NCBI GenBank assembly: GCA_963666285.1
Contig: OY762711.1
From: Sedimentisphaerales bacterium
Lineage (GTDB): Bacteria; Planctomycetota; Phycisphaerae; Sedimentisphaerales; SM23-30
Strand: one strand, 5' to 3'
Length of the DNA: 64,000 nt
The notes under the pieces were generated by a model. The model had not been told where the DNA came from. It saw only the letters and a list, made by a program, of their open reading frames with translations, and searched no databases. Below are positions 7,661 to 18,162 of the stretch, piece by piece; positions within the stretch are counted from its first letter, which is position 1; each line of letters starts with the position of its first letter. The position numbers and the translations under genes were made by a program.

Positions 7661-9005
7661 GACATTACTATATGTACTATTTCTAATAACAATATTAGAT
7701 GTATATTTGATCAAGTTGGTTCCTTCGATTTATGTAAACAAGAACATATTAATATCTTCATCATGGATGTTTGCATTAGGCTTTTTGTTGTCTTCAAATA
7801 TTAAAGAACTATTGGCAATGGAATTGTCTTTTTGTATTCCAAATTATCAAAAGGAAATTAGAAAGTCGTTTTTTGTTATTGTGATATTTGGAGCTTTGGG
7901 ATGGTCACTTTTTAACCAAATTAGCCGTGCTAACATGATACCGTTAAACTGGATGTCTTTTATAACCGAACTGTTATTTTTGATGCTGGTTTTTTGGGCA
8001 GGTGCGTTCCTGGTAGGAGGTAAATCAAGTTTATACAGTTTTGTTATTGTTGGTATAGTTCTGTCGTTGACAATTAAGTATGGAGTGAATCCATATGTTT
8101 CAAATACTACGTTTCAAGTGATTACTATATTATCTGGAATAGTGGTAAATATTTCTGTATGGAGGAACATGGTTAGTCGCGACCTGGCGAGAGAGTTCAG
8201 CGGTATACCTTTCTTCGGATTAGGGACAAGTAATAACAAGAGAATGCAAAATAAATTAAAACATAGAATGAATTTGGGAACAGCTTGTAAAAGTGAGATT
8301 TTAGTTTCGCCTAAAGTTGAAGAATTTTTTCTTAGAAAAGTTTCAGACTCCGAATATGGAAGTATAAAGAAAAGCGTTTGGGGGAAATTATATCATTTAT
8401 ATTGTATATTAAAACCACAATATGCTGTTTTAATTTTGATTATTCTGGTTACTGCGCTGTGCCTGATATGCTATTTATTTGAGGCCGACAAAGAAAAGAA
8501 ATTAAATCCTGTTTTAATAATAATGTTATTTGGTAATTTATCATTAATAAAGCCAATGATTTATACAAATAATATTTATGAAGGAAGAAATCAGAGATTT
8601 ACTTTGGCATTAGTATATATATTTTTCCATTATTTATTAATAACATCAATAATATTTGTTGGGTATATATTCCCATTGATAATACAGGAATATATGCCTA
8701 GTATTAATATATTGGGTAAACATTTTGACTTTACATCACTTCCAATTGAAATTATTTTTATTCCAATTTACTCACTACCTGCAGCGTACAATCTTGGGAT
8801 TATATGGGAAATAAGTTATTTTCTAGGGGTTATTTATAGTGTGATATTGCTAGTGATAGTATCAATTATAATGGTATTGTACGAAAGAGGAAATGTAAAT
8901 TATTTATATACTTTGTGTAATGTAATTACTGTAATTAATCTAACAATGTTTATAGTGTTGATGAAGTGGTTTATAGGGCGAAGAGATTTAGTTAAACAGA
9001 GATAA
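7617..9005 (+). CDS. Polytopic membrane protein, putative ABC-2-type permease (paralogue 2)
   Basis: Same first 15 aa as 4917 (MSVVTENMKHIYQNR), then divergent; LSFCIPN, SVWGKLY, C-terminal RRDLV; visibly more AT-rich than neighbours. Confidence 0.7.
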   Translation: MSVVTENMKHIYQNRTLLYVLFLITILDVYLIKLVPSIYVNKNILISSSWMFALGFLLSSNIKELLAMELSFCIPNYQKEIRKSFFVIVIFGALGWSLFNQISRANMIPLNWMSFITELLFLMLVFWAGAFLVGGKSSLYSFVIVGIVLSLTIKYGVNPYVSNTTFQVITILSGIVVNISVWRNMVSRDLAREFSGIPFFGLGTSNNKRMQNKLKHRMNLGTACKSEILVSPKVEEFFLRKVSDSEYGSIKKSVWGKLYHLYCILKPQYAVLILIILVTALCLICYLFEADKEKKLNPVLIIMLFGNLSLIKPMIYTNNIYEGRNQRFTLALVYIFFHYLLITSIIFVGYIFPLIIQEYMPSINILGKHFDFTSLPIEIIFIPIYSLPAAYNLGIIWEISYFLGVIYSVILLVIVSIIMVLYERGNVNYLYTLCNVITVINLTMFIVLMKWFIGRRDLVKQR

Positions 9006-9053
9006 TGACAATTTTTGGTATTTTAATGAACAGCTATGTATAAGGATAGAATT

Positions 9054-9941
9054 ATGGAAAACGGGAAAGTTATAGTAGAGATTAGTGATGTTGTTAAGCG
9101 GTTTAAGAGTAAGGTTGCTTTGGACGGTGTGAGCCTGACGGTTGATCGCGGTCGGATAATCGGGCTGCTGGGCGCGAATGGTGCCGGTAAGAGTACGCTG
9201 CTGCGTCATATGATCGGATTGTACCTGTCGAACGAGGGCGCATGCCGGACGTTCGGTGTTGAAGCGTCTAAGCTTGGCCCGGGCGAGCTTGGCCGGATCG
9301 GTTATGTTCACCAGGAAGGTGAGCTGCTGGAGTGGATGAGTGTCGGTCAGCTGATCCGATATGTGAGCGCGTATTATAAGAGTTGGGATAAGCAGCTGGA
9401 AGAAAAATATATCGCCGACTTTGATATTAATGTTAAGGATCGGGTAGGCTCGCTGTCGCCGGGTCAGCGTCAGAAGCTGTCGATTTTGCTGGCGATCGGT
9501 TTTATGCCGGAGCTGCTGATACTGGATGAGCCTGCGTCGGCTTTGGACCCGATAGCGCGTGGCCAGTTTCTTGATCTGCTGCTGCATCTGATCCAGGATG
9601 AGAATCGTACGATAATAATCTCGTCGCATATCCTGAGCGATGTCGAGAAGGTAATCGATCATACGGTGATAATGCGTAATGGCAAGATATTGCGTGATTG
9701 CAGTTTTGACGATCTGCGTGAGGAGTTTATGAAGGTTGTGCTGACGGCGGTTGACGGTGCTATGCCGGAGGAGCTGCCGTTTGCGATGATCGGATGTAAG
9801 CGGGACGGTAATAAGTCGAGCTTTTTTGCCCGTGCGATGGCCGAAGATGAGCTTAAGGCTAAGGCCGAAAGTGTTGGATGTGTGGCGGAGGTTAAGACTT
9901 TGAGCCTGGATGATTTGTATAAGATAGTAATAGAGAACTAG
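9054..9941 (+). CDS. ABC transporter ATP-binding protein (YtrB/ABC-2 type)
   Basis: Walker A GANGAGKST, signature LSPGQ, Walker B LLILDEP, switch SSH; start could be 9036. Confidence 0.95.
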   Translation: MENGKVIVEISDVVKRFKSKVALDGVSLTVDRGRIIGLLGANGAGKSTLLRHMIGLYLSNEGACRTFGVEASKLGPGELGRIGYVHQEGELLEWMSVGQLIRYVSAYYKSWDKQLEEKYIADFDINVKDRVGSLSPGQRQKLSILLAIGFMPELLILDEPASALDPIARGQFLDLLLHLIQDENRTIIISSHILSDVEKVIDHTVIMRNGKILRDCSFDDLREEFMKVVLTAVDGAMPEELPFAMIGCKRDGNKSSFFARAMAEDELKAKAESVGCVAEVKTLSLDDLYKIVIEN

Positions 9942-9942
9942 A

Positions 9943-10026
9943 ACTTCGCTAAATGAAAAATGAAAAGTGAAAAATGAAAAATTAAGGTGTTCGCCGGCGG
10001 CTCACAACTTATTTTAAAGCTGGTGC
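9943..10026 (+). repeat. Family-A repeat copy
   Basis: CTTCGCTAAATGAAAAATGAAAAGTGA...AAGGTGT...TTATTTTAAAGCTGGTGC immediately after the ATPase stop. Confidence 0.75.
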
Positions 10027-10453
10027 ATATTTAGAGTTTATATCAAAATGTGGGACCTGAAGGATGAAAGAGTTCGAAGAAAGAAGCGAGGAGGGAGTGG
10101 AAAATTAAAAATTCAGAATTAAGAATTAAGAAAATTGGTTTGCAAGATGAATGTATTTTGTATTTTTGTCTCTCGCAAAGGCCGCAAAGCTCGCAAAGAA
10201 TATTATTTGGCCATGAAGGAAGGGGGGGAGGGAAGAGGTAAGAAGTAAGAGGTAAAAGGTGAGAGAAGAGAGAAGGGGGAAGAGGTAAGGTAGGTGTGCG
10301 GCGTTGTTTTAAATACTGACGGTGATGCTGAATAATCAGGAGTATGAACTATGGAAACGGTATTAGTGGTATTAAATATTTTATCTATTGGATGGAAGAT
10401 ATTGAGCTTAGTTAGAATTTAGACTTTAGTTTGCAGAATTTCAGGTGAAAGAT

Positions 10454-11884
10454 ATGAGTACATTAGGAATAAATTTCAGGCATGTGTATCAGAAGCGAGG
10501 GTTTCTGTTTGGTATGCTGACGTACTTTTTGTTTGCGTTTTTTATGGACTTTGCTTTGATGGTTCAAAGGGACGGTCGTGTTGCGGTGTATTATGCGTCG
10601 GCGATGGTGTGGGTCTTTTTCTTTGGTTCGATGATAGCAGCATTGTCGGTAGAGGTTTTGGCCAAGCCGTTTGCATATTGTATGCCGGGGCATCGTCCGA
10701 TCGTCCGAAAATTTCTGATGATATCCGGGATAGTGCTTTCAGCGGCCTGGTCGCTGAAGGGGCTGGCAATGGCGATGTGGCGGGAGCCGAATTTAAGTGT
10801 GGCGACGCTGGTGGTGCCGAGTGTGAGTGCGTTCTGGCTGTATACCGTTTTTTACTGGTGCGGGGTGTGGCTGACGATGCGAGCCAAAAGCTGGACGGTG
10901 AGTATCGCGTTTTTTCCGCTGGTGATGCTGCTGAATAATGTATTGTATATATTTGATACGCTCGAATATGTTATATTTCATTATCCTGCGTTGTCGATAA
11001 TAGCGGGCTTTGCTGTTAATTATGTCGTTTGGGTCAGGCTGGACGGCGGCAGTATGGCGCGGGAATATTGCGGTAAGTTGAGGGTAGGTGCATTTGATGA
11101 ATGGAACGTTGATAAGATGCAGCGTGTGCGTAAGGAGCGGCTTGCGAACGCATCGGAGTCAGCGACAAAGAAGTTAATGGTGGCACCGGCAGTAGAGCGA
11201 TTCTTTATGGCTAAGATATTGGCTTGTGAGCCGGGCAGTATGTCGCAGTTTGTCTGGGGCGGATTGTATCGCGTTTTTGGTATGGCTGCGACCCAATATT
11301 TAAATGAGATGATAAGATTTTTGATGATCATGGTGCCGATCATCTGTCTGCTGTGTTATATACCGGGCGATACCGGCCGGATAGTGTTTATAATGCCGGG
11401 GCTAATGTTTGTGAATATGGATCTTCAGGTTCGTTCGACGATGATGCCGATTGCGAGCCGGCGACAGCGGTTCCAGGCAGGTTTGATGTCGGCGATTGTC
11501 TGTTGTGCTGCAACAGTATTGCTGTTAATTGTTATGACGGAGTGGACGGTTCCGGCAGCGAGTTTTATGCCGGCGATAAAATACTCCGGTCATGAATGGC
11601 CATTTACCGGGATGCAAATACAATATGTATCAGCGTCATTTATTTTGATACCGCCGGCAATGGCATTAGGCTTATTGTTACCTAAAAAACCGTTCTGGCG
11701 TTTTCTGATTATGATGGTATTATTTCAGATAGCAATTTTTGGAATTCTTGTGATGGGTGTGTTTAAGCCGGGACTGGGGTTGGTTATAGGTCCTTTGAGT
11801 GTAGCGGTTATGACGATTATTAGCTGGGTAATATTTGTAGCGGTATTGAGCCAGGTATGTAAAAAAATGAACCTGGTAAAATAA
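10454..11884 (+). CDS. Polytopic membrane protein, putative ABC-2-type permease (paralogue 3)
   Basis: NFRHVYQKR, KPFAYCMPG, MAREYCGK, FVWGGLY and C-terminal MNLVK align by eye with paralogues 1 and 2. Confidence 0.7.
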   Translation: MSTLGINFRHVYQKRGFLFGMLTYFLFAFFMDFALMVQRDGRVAVYYASAMVWVFFFGSMIAALSVEVLAKPFAYCMPGHRPIVRKFLMISGIVLSAAWSLKGLAMAMWREPNLSVATLVVPSVSAFWLYTVFYWCGVWLTMRAKSWTVSIAFFPLVMLLNNVLYIFDTLEYVIFHYPALSIIAGFAVNYVVWVRLDGGSMAREYCGKLRVGAFDEWNVDKMQRVRKERLANASESATKKLMVAPAVERFFMAKILACEPGSMSQFVWGGLYRVFGMAATQYLNEMIRFLMIMVPIICLLCYIPGDTGRIVFIMPGLMFVNMDLQVRSTMMPIASRRQRFQAGLMSAIVCCAATVLLLIVMTEWTVPAASFMPAIKYSGHEWPFTGMQIQYVSASFILIPPAMALGLLLPKKPFWRFLIMMVLFQIAIFGILVMGVFKPGLGLVIGPLSVAVMTIISWVIFVAVLSQVCKKMNLVK

Positions 11885-12131
11885 TCACACAGTTTGAGGG
11901 CTCTTATCAGGCATGTTGGATATAAGGCCATTTATCGCAGTAGGTTATAAAGTGTTTTTTTGCTGATGATATATTAAATGTATTTTTGTGATATTTTGCT
12001 GGTGTATTGTATCTGCGTTCTGAATTTAGTATAATAGTCTGATACTTAGTTTCAGGCGGAAGTGAGCTTGATGCTGTGTGGTAAAATGATCAGGGGAACC
12101 TGATAAACAATGACAGGTATGGAGAGAATGT

Positions 12132-13094
12132 ATGAGGAAGTTGATTTTGCTGTTAGTCATGGCGATGTCGGTTATGCCGGCATTTGCACTTGATAATGAC
12201 AACAGCGGTATGGTAGATGTTGGTGATGTTCAAACCCTTGCGGATAACTGGCTGACAGTTGATGACCCGCTAAATGTCGCGGACCTTAATGGTGACGAAG
12301 ATATTAATGTGTTGGACTTTGAGCTGCTCGCGAGCCAGTGGCTGGACAGTGTGGCGGATGTGGTGATCTCGGATCATCTCAGCCAGGTTGTGGTTTCAAA
12401 TTATATCAACTATTGCAATCCGGATATTGCTACTGATACAGAATATCATTTTGAGCTTATAGTTGAGACCGGCAGCGAGGTTGCCAAGCTATACTTTACA
12501 TCGCCTGCTGGTAATATCTATGCTATTCCGGCAGCGAGTGAAGAGGTTACAGTTGTTGGTGATGGAACCATAACTACCAGGCGTACGCTGGAGGGTAGTG
12601 GCGGAACGTATCAATGGTTTTATGATGCCTCGTTTCCAACTGATGCCGGGCTGGCTGATTATGGTGATGGCACATTTACTATTACAGCTTTATTTGCAGA
12701 CGGCGGTCGGGCGGCGACAGATGTCTGGTTTGGCGTGCCCGATTCAGGCAGCTTTTTGTCGCAGCCGGTCCAGGAGCCGGTAATGACAAGTTTTAGTAAC
12801 GGAGCAACAGTAAGTTCCCCGGTTACTTTTGGATGGAATACATATGAAGGTGAAGATGCGAACTACCTTGCATTTGAAGCAGTGAGTGATGTTCATAGTG
12901 ATATTCTGACCGGTGGTCCGCTGTTATTTTATGCAACCGGTTTGGGTTCTCCGCTGGCGATGGGTGACGGCGACTGGACAGTTAAGCTGGCATTTGCGGT
13001 AGCATATCCTCCGGATGAAAATGCTGACGGTATTGAGGTGAGAATCTCTAAATATACAGAGTCAGATTATACGATAACGGTTGCAGCTGAATGA
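12132..13094 (+). CDS. Secreted protein with an N-terminal dockerin-like (double EF-hand) module
   Basis: Signal peptide ending AFA; DNDNSGMVDVGDV..LADNWL and DLNGDEDINVLDF..LASQWL repeats. Confidence 0.7.
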   Translation: MRKLILLLVMAMSVMPAFALDNDNSGMVDVGDVQTLADNWLTVDDPLNVADLNGDEDINVLDFELLASQWLDSVADVVISDHLSQVVVSNYINYCNPDIATDTEYHFELIVETGSEVAKLYFTSPAGNIYAIPAASEEVTVVGDGTITTRRTLEGSGGTYQWFYDASFPTDAGLADYGDGTFTITALFADGGRAATDVWFGVPDSGSFLSQPVQEPVMTSFSNGATVSSPVTFGWNTYEGEDANYLAFEAVSDVHSDILTGGPLLFYATGLGSPLAMGDGDWTVKLAFAVAYPPDENADGIEVRISKYTESDYTITVAAE

Positions 13095-13123
13095 TAGTTA
13101 AAGTGTGATGCCGTAGGGCGGCA

Positions 13124-13230
13124 AGCTTCGCTGAGTAAAAATGAATAATGAAAAGTGAAGAATTGCGGTGTCCTGATGAACGTTGACATCAGGAATAATT
13201 CGCTGGCGCGACCTATTTTTAAACGGCTAA
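13124..13230 (+). repeat. Family-A repeat copy
   Basis: AGCTTCGCT...GGTGTCCTGATGAACGTTGACATCAGGAATAAT...TTTTTAAACGGCTAA. Confidence 0.85.
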
Positions 13231-13250
13231 AACCGAAGAAGTACGAATAC

Positions 13251-13294
13251 AAAAAGGTGTAAGCTCCGGAAGGTCCGGGTTTACGCCTTTTTTT
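13251..13294 (+). terminator. Intrinsic terminator (probably bidirectional)
   Basis: AAAAAGGTGTAAGCTCCGG / CCGGGTTTACGCC stem followed by T7. Confidence 0.7.
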
Positions 13295-13435
13295 ATTGAA
13301 AGTGGAGATATAAGCGGATATTATAATCTGTTGGCAGCAAGCAGCGTCGCAGGAAAGCCTTTTTAGGCGATTTTTGCAACTTAAAAACTGCGAAAGTAAA
13401 CCAGAAGAAATAATCGAAACAGCTTAGGAAAATTA

Positions 13436-14368
13436 ATGGCGAAAGTAAAACGAAAAGGACAATTTACCGGAACGGTTTCTAAACGATCCCGCTTTGGAGA
13501 GGGTCATGAAGCAATGACGATCTCGTTTGAGGGCGAGGCCAAAGAGACGTTTGCCAAAGCGGTAGCCGGTCAGTTTGTTCAGCTGGCATGTCGCGATCTG
13601 GCAAAGACGCGGGTGACAGAGCCGCTGCTCAGGCGGCCGATCAGCCTGGGCGGGATAAGAGAGTATAAGGACCATACCGAGATTGATCTTGTGTTTAGAA
13701 TAATCGGGCCGGGCACCAGCTGGCTGAGCGAGCAGATAGTCGGACGTCAGATCGATGTAATGGGTCCGCTTGGCAATGGTTTTAAGGTGCCGAGTGATAC
13801 CAATAAAAAAGCGATTTTGATCGGCGGCGGTATAGGATTGCCGCCTATGTTTGCCCTGGCGGATATGCTGGAGGCAGCCGGGGTAGAAAAGATTGCGATC
13901 GGTGCAGCGCGAAGTGCAAGCCTGATAGAAGATGCAATTGTAATTGAGCCCCAGGTTGGCAGCGACCAGGTATTGGTTCCGGGCGATAAGCTGGCACATT
14001 TTATCCGGAGTAAAACCCCGTCAATAATAACAACTGATGACGGTTCGCGTGGTTTTCACGGTAACGCGATTGAGGCGTTGCGACAATATGTAGAGAATAA
14101 CCCGGCCTGGCAGGAAGCTGATATTTACTGCTGCGGGCCGGAGGTAATGTTGAAATATGCGGCGAAGTATGCCGAGGAGAAGGGCGTGGAATGCTATGTA
14201 TGTATGGAAGCGTATATGTCCTGCGGTATTGGTTTGTGCCAGAGCTGCGCGGTAGAGTCGAAGACCTCTTATGTATCGAAGGGACCGGGCCCGCATTATA
14301 AGCTGGTATGTGCAAACGGTCCGGTATTTAATGCGAGCGAGATAATCTGGGATAAAACAAAAAGTTAA
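13436..14368 (+). CDS. pyrK: Dihydroorotate dehydrogenase B electron-transfer subunit
   Basis: LRRPIS, GPLGNGF, GGGIGLPP, CGPEVM and MSCGIGLCQSC...VCANGPVF 2Fe-2S motif; adjacent to pyrD. Confidence 0.95.
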   Translation: MAKVKRKGQFTGTVSKRSRFGEGHEAMTISFEGEAKETFAKAVAGQFVQLACRDLAKTRVTEPLLRRPISLGGIREYKDHTEIDLVFRIIGPGTSWLSEQIVGRQIDVMGPLGNGFKVPSDTNKKAILIGGGIGLPPMFALADMLEAAGVEKIAIGAARSASLIEDAIVIEPQVGSDQVLVPGDKLAHFIRSKTPSIITTDDGSRGFHGNAIEALRQYVENNPAWQEADIYCCGPEVMLKYAAKYAEEKGVECYVCMEAYMSCGIGLCQSCAVESKTSYVSKGPGPHYKLVCANGPVFNASEIIWDKTKS

Positions 14369-14466
14369 GGCTATCTAAAAATTCAATTTGTGCTGCGAAC
14401 AAGCACTTTGCGTGCAGCGAAAAAATGTCCGCCGTACTGTGTTAATATTAGTGGAATAAATATTTT

Positions 14467-15402
14467 ATGACATCAAAAGTAGATATAAGTGTGAAGCTGG
14501 ACCGGGCGGTATTAAAAACTCCCGTCATGACGGCGTCAGGAACATGCGGCTATGCGTTTGAGCTGCGTGACTTTCTGGATTTCGATAAACTGGGCGGTTT
14601 CATCACAAAGAGTATAACACCTGAACCCCGTATAGGTAATCCCCCTCAGCGTACAATAGAGGTTGCGGCCGGTATGCTTAATGCGATCGGGCTGGCGAAT
14701 GTTGGTGTCGATAAATTTGTAGATGAGAAAATACCGCTATTGGGCCGGATGGAGATCCCGGTATTTGTAAATGTTGCGGGTAAGACGCTGGACGATTATG
14801 TAGAAGTATCGAGACGGATGAGCGGTTTGGATGTGATTGACGGACTGGAGCTAAATATAAGCTGTCCTAATGTCAAGCATGGCGGAATCGCATTTGGCAC
14901 TGATCCCGGATTGATAAAAGAGCTGATCGCGGCGGTGCGAGAGGTGTGCCCGGATAAGATACTGATAACGAAGCTGACGCCGAATGTGACGGATATAAGT
15001 GTGCCTGCGAGGGCGGCGGTCGAGGCCGGTACCAATGCTATAAGTATGGTAAATACATTTATCGGGATGGCAATTGATGTTGAGAAGCGCCGGCCGATAC
15101 TGGCAAATGTAACCGGCGGCATGAGCGGTCCGGCGATTAAGCCGCTGGCACTGCACCTGGTGAGGAAAGTGTATAACGAAGTTGCCAGGGATGCCGGTGT
15201 GCCGATAATCGGTATGGGCGGTATAGTATGTGCAACAGATGCAATTGAGTTTATCCTGGCGGGCGCATCGGCGGTCTCAATCGGGACGAACATGCTGATT
15301 AACCCGGGCGCCACCGGCGGCATAGTGGACGGAATAGAAGATTACCTGGCGCGGCATGGCTACAGCAGCGTATCTGAAATTGTAGGGGCATTGGAAGTAT
15401 GA
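14467..15402 (+). CDS. pyrD: Dihydroorotate dehydrogenase (class 1B) catalytic subunit
   Basis: ASGTCG, NAIGLAN, ELNISCPN, KLTPNVTD and GGMSGPAIKP motifs. Confidence 0.97.
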   Translation: MTSKVDISVKLDRAVLKTPVMTASGTCGYAFELRDFLDFDKLGGFITKSITPEPRIGNPPQRTIEVAAGMLNAIGLANVGVDKFVDEKIPLLGRMEIPVFVNVAGKTLDDYVEVSRRMSGLDVIDGLELNISCPNVKHGGIAFGTDPGLIKELIAAVREVCPDKILITKLTPNVTDISVPARAAVEAGTNAISMVNTFIGMAIDVEKRRPILANVTGGMSGPAIKPLALHLVRKVYNEVARDAGVPIIGMGGIVCATDAIEFILAGASAVSIGTNMLINPGATGGIVDGIEDYLARHGYSSVSEIVGALEV

Positions 15403-15689
15403 ACGAAGTATTACAGCTATTAAGAGATTATTTTCCGACGGCGGTCTATACCGGTACCGCGCTGGTGTTTATCAGTGAGGAGAGCCGGGTGGAACTGACC
15501 CAGCGTCCCGGTTCGATGGCAAATGACGGTCTAATCGGAGTTGTCCGGGTGAAGCTGTTTACCAGGGACAATAACGGCGAGTTTATCCCGGGCCATTTTG
15601 AAGATTTCAGCATCCCGGATATATCAGACCTGGCAGGAGAGATCGAGAAGTTCGTTCAGTTTGCGGTTGGTAAGAATCTCAAAGAGTAA
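15399..15689 (+). CDS. Hypothetical protein translationally coupled to pyrD
   Basis: ATGA overlap with the pyrD stop; 96 aa. Confidence 0.7.
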   Translation: MNEVLQLLRDYFPTAVYTGTALVFISEESRVELTQRPGSMANDGLIGVVRVKLFTRDNNGEFIPGHFEDFSIPDISDLAGEIEKFVQFAVGKNLKE

Positions 15690-15744
15690 ACAGCCGGTTG
15701 GAAGCGGAGAGATTCAGGAAAAGGTAGTTTGGGATCCGGTGAAA

Positions 15745-18060
15745 TTACATTTCACCTTTAATCAGTTCGTTGAGTTTATCAATTATCAGATTCAGGCCGG
15801 TTGCATTTTCGTTAAGGTTAACAGCTGCTGAAGCAGTTTCTTCGGCATTAGCGGCGTTCTGCTGGGTAACCTTGTCCAAAGCTACCATAGCTTCATTTAT
15901 ATTGCTTATATTGTCCGCCTGCTGCTGGTAGGTTGCATCCATTTCATCAATTACTTCGTTGGTATTTCGAGCTTTGTTAACAATCTCATTGAGCAGTTCA
16001 GATACATTTTTAGAGGTTTCAGTGCCGGACTTGGTAGTTTCAATAGATTTATCGATCATGCCGGCAGTGTTATTAACGGCTTCGGTAGCGCGGTGAGCGA
16101 GGTTGCGTACCTCGGCGGCGACGACAGCAAACCCTTTGCCAGCTTCGCCGGCCCGAGCAGCTTCTACTGCCGCGTTAAGGGCGAGCAGGTTGGTCTGGAA
16201 CGCTATATCATTGATAGTTTTGATAATATTAGAAGTTTCGGTAGAAACAGTATTGATCTGTTCCATAACAGCCGTCATTTTTTTTACCTCATCAAAGCCA
16301 TTATTGGCAGTGTTATGAGAGTCGGCAGATAGTCTTTTGGCATTTTTAGCATTATTGATATTTTGTTTTGTTTCAAAAGTAATATCATGCAGACTGGCAA
16401 GCATTTCCTGCAGCCCGGCAGCCTGGCTGCAGGACCCGTCAGAAACATGTTGAGCGACAGAAGACACTTCATTCGAAGTTCGGCTCAAAGTGCCGGCGCT
16501 TTCCTTTAGGTTGGAGACGATCAAGCTGATTTTTTTGGAGAGCGAGTGAGGGAAAAGAATTCCGAAGGAAACAGTCAGGATGAAAGTGGCAGTAACGATA
16601 GCAATCATTATTTTATACCCGGAGGTAATAATTTTGGAGCTGTTTGATAGTTTCTGACTGACGTTGTCTTTTAGTTTTTGCGCACTGGTAAGAATTTCTT
16701 TATTAATAATATCAATATTAGAGGCGATATTGAGATGTTCATTTTCGAGTTCGATACCACAGGAAATAACTTTGCACCTGGTCTCTTTGAGTTTAGGTAT
16801 TGCCAGGTCAAGTGCTGAGATATGTTTGGCCGGGTCAGAGTCAAATAATTTATAACCAGCCCTGAAAACCAGGCATTCATTCTCTATCAGGCGTGCCACA
16901 TTTTCAACGCTTTTAATATCAGCGGCAAGCATAATATCTCTGGCTTTAAGATTTATTGAAGCAATAGCGTTTTTGATATTTTGCGCCTGGTTGATCATTG
17001 CCATAGTATCGTTTATGTTTTTGGCAAGCGAGCTGATATTATCAGCCATCTGCCTGATATATTCAGATGAAGTATTCTGTACCGTATTGAGCGTGTTTTC
17101 TACTTTGATAATAGCATCGAAACTGATATTATCGACAATGTTTAGCACTTCCTCATCCACTCTTGCGATATTATCATCAATAGCAGCTAACTCTTCGGTA
17201 ATCTCGATAAAATTCGGATCAGATAAGGTTTTAATTTTGACATCAAAGATCCGGGGTAGAGAATTTTCTATAGTTTTAACCATAGGCTCGAGAGCCGTTA
17301 CAGAGTTATTGTTTTTAATTTCATTTATCTTATTATAAATTGAGCTGAAAATTGTTTCGAGAGAGGTTTGGACATATTTAATTTTTGCTTTATCAGTTGA
17401 CAGCAAGGCGTTCTTCAGATTAGCGTTCATAACAAAAACGTTAGTTCTGATATCAAGTATAGTTTGGATATTTGATATACTGTCTTGTGATACTTTGGAT
17501 AATAATTTCAGATTTTCAGATAGTTCCTGACCGCTCAGGTTAGACTGAATTTTAATTTCGACAATAGCATTGTCAAGAATAGAAACAGCCTCGCTGCTGA
17601 TCTCCAGAACTCGTGCGTCGATTTCCGGTCCAAGTTCGTTAAGTATATCAGTGACATTTTCCTTGCATGTGATAAGTTCTTCAGCGGCCGAAAGCATATC
17701 GTGCTTTTTGCGGTAAAGCATTTGGATCTCATTAGTCAGCTTTTTCTGTTTATCCGGGTCGATATCAAGAGAAGTATTTTTGAGTTCTGAAATTTTATTT
17801 TCAGACGGCTTTAATGACTTAATGGAATCAGCATTAACGATAGATTCAATAGCAGACTGAATATTTATAAGATAAGTGCTTTGAGCAATTTGCTGTTCAA
17901 TGCCGGCGTTTGTTTCAGTTATGCTGCTGTCGATGTCGGTTTTGAGGACAGACATAATTGTAATGGCGGCGGCACCGGATAAGACAGTACATGCCGCAAT
18001 CAGCAGGAAGCTGGCAAGCAGTTTAAATTTTAGGCTGAACATTTTTAACATTAACTTCAC
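15745..18060 (-). CDS. Methyl-accepting chemotaxis protein with a large periplasmic domain
   Basis: Two TM helices; signalling hairpin [37 protein letters not shown]. Confidence 0.95.
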   Translation of the reverse strand: MKLMLKMFSLKFKLLASFLLIAACTVLSGAAAITIMSVLKTDIDSSITETNAGIEQQIAQSTYLINIQSAIESIVNADSIKSLKPSENKISELKNTSLDIDPDKQKKLTNEIQMLYRKKHDMLSAAEELITCKENVTDILNELGPEIDARVLEISSEAVSILDNAIVEIKIQSNLSGQELSENLKLLSKVSQDSISNIQTILDIRTNVFVMNANLKNALLSTDKAKIKYVQTSLETIFSSIYNKINEIKNNNSVTALEPMVKTIENSLPRIFDVKIKTLSDPNFIEITEELAAIDDNIARVDEEVLNIVDNISFDAIIKVENTLNTVQNTSSEYIRQMADNISSLAKNINDTMAMINQAQNIKNAIASINLKARDIMLAADIKSVENVARLIENECLVFRAGYKLFDSDPAKHISALDLAIPKLKETRCKVISCGIELENEHLNIASNIDIINKEILTSAQKLKDNVSQKLSNSSKIITSGYKIMIAIVTATFILTVSFGILFPHSLSKKISLIVSNLKESAGTLSRTSNEVSSVAQHVSDGSCSQAAGLQEMLASLHDITFETKQNINNAKNAKRLSADSHNTANNGFDEVKKMTAVMEQINTVSTETSNIIKTINDIAFQTNLLALNAAVEAARAGEAGKGFAVVAAEVRNLAHRATEAVNNTAGMIDKSIETTKSGTETSKNVSELLNEIVNKARNTNEVIDEMDATYQQQADNISNINEAMVALDKVTQQNAANAEETASAAVNLNENATGLNLIIDKLNELIKGEM

Positions 18061-18063
18061 CTA

Positions 18064-18139
18064 AAGTGCGTTATCGCACTTTTGACTGTTCTGCATTACA
18101 CGCAAAGGCACTTCCAGAGGTCAGCTAAATACTACGAAG
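18064..18139. repeat. Family-B repeat (compact X+Y form)
   Basis: GTGCGTTATCGCACTTTTGACTGTTCTGCATTACACGCAAAGG...TAAATACTACGAAG, similar to 22786-22841 and 46593-46648. Confidence 0.7.
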
Positions 18140-18162
18140 CTTTATCATAATAATACGATTTC

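Noticed and set aside
2585..13230. Family-A repeats as integron attC sites with XerD as the integrase
   Set aside because: No consistent RYYYAAC/GTTRRRY ends, and the recombinase looks like housekeeping XerD without the IntI-specific insertion.
13251..13435. PyrR attenuator upstream of pyrK-pyrD
   Set aside because: No PyrR-binding loop consensus was seen; the hairpin fits the upstream gene's terminator.
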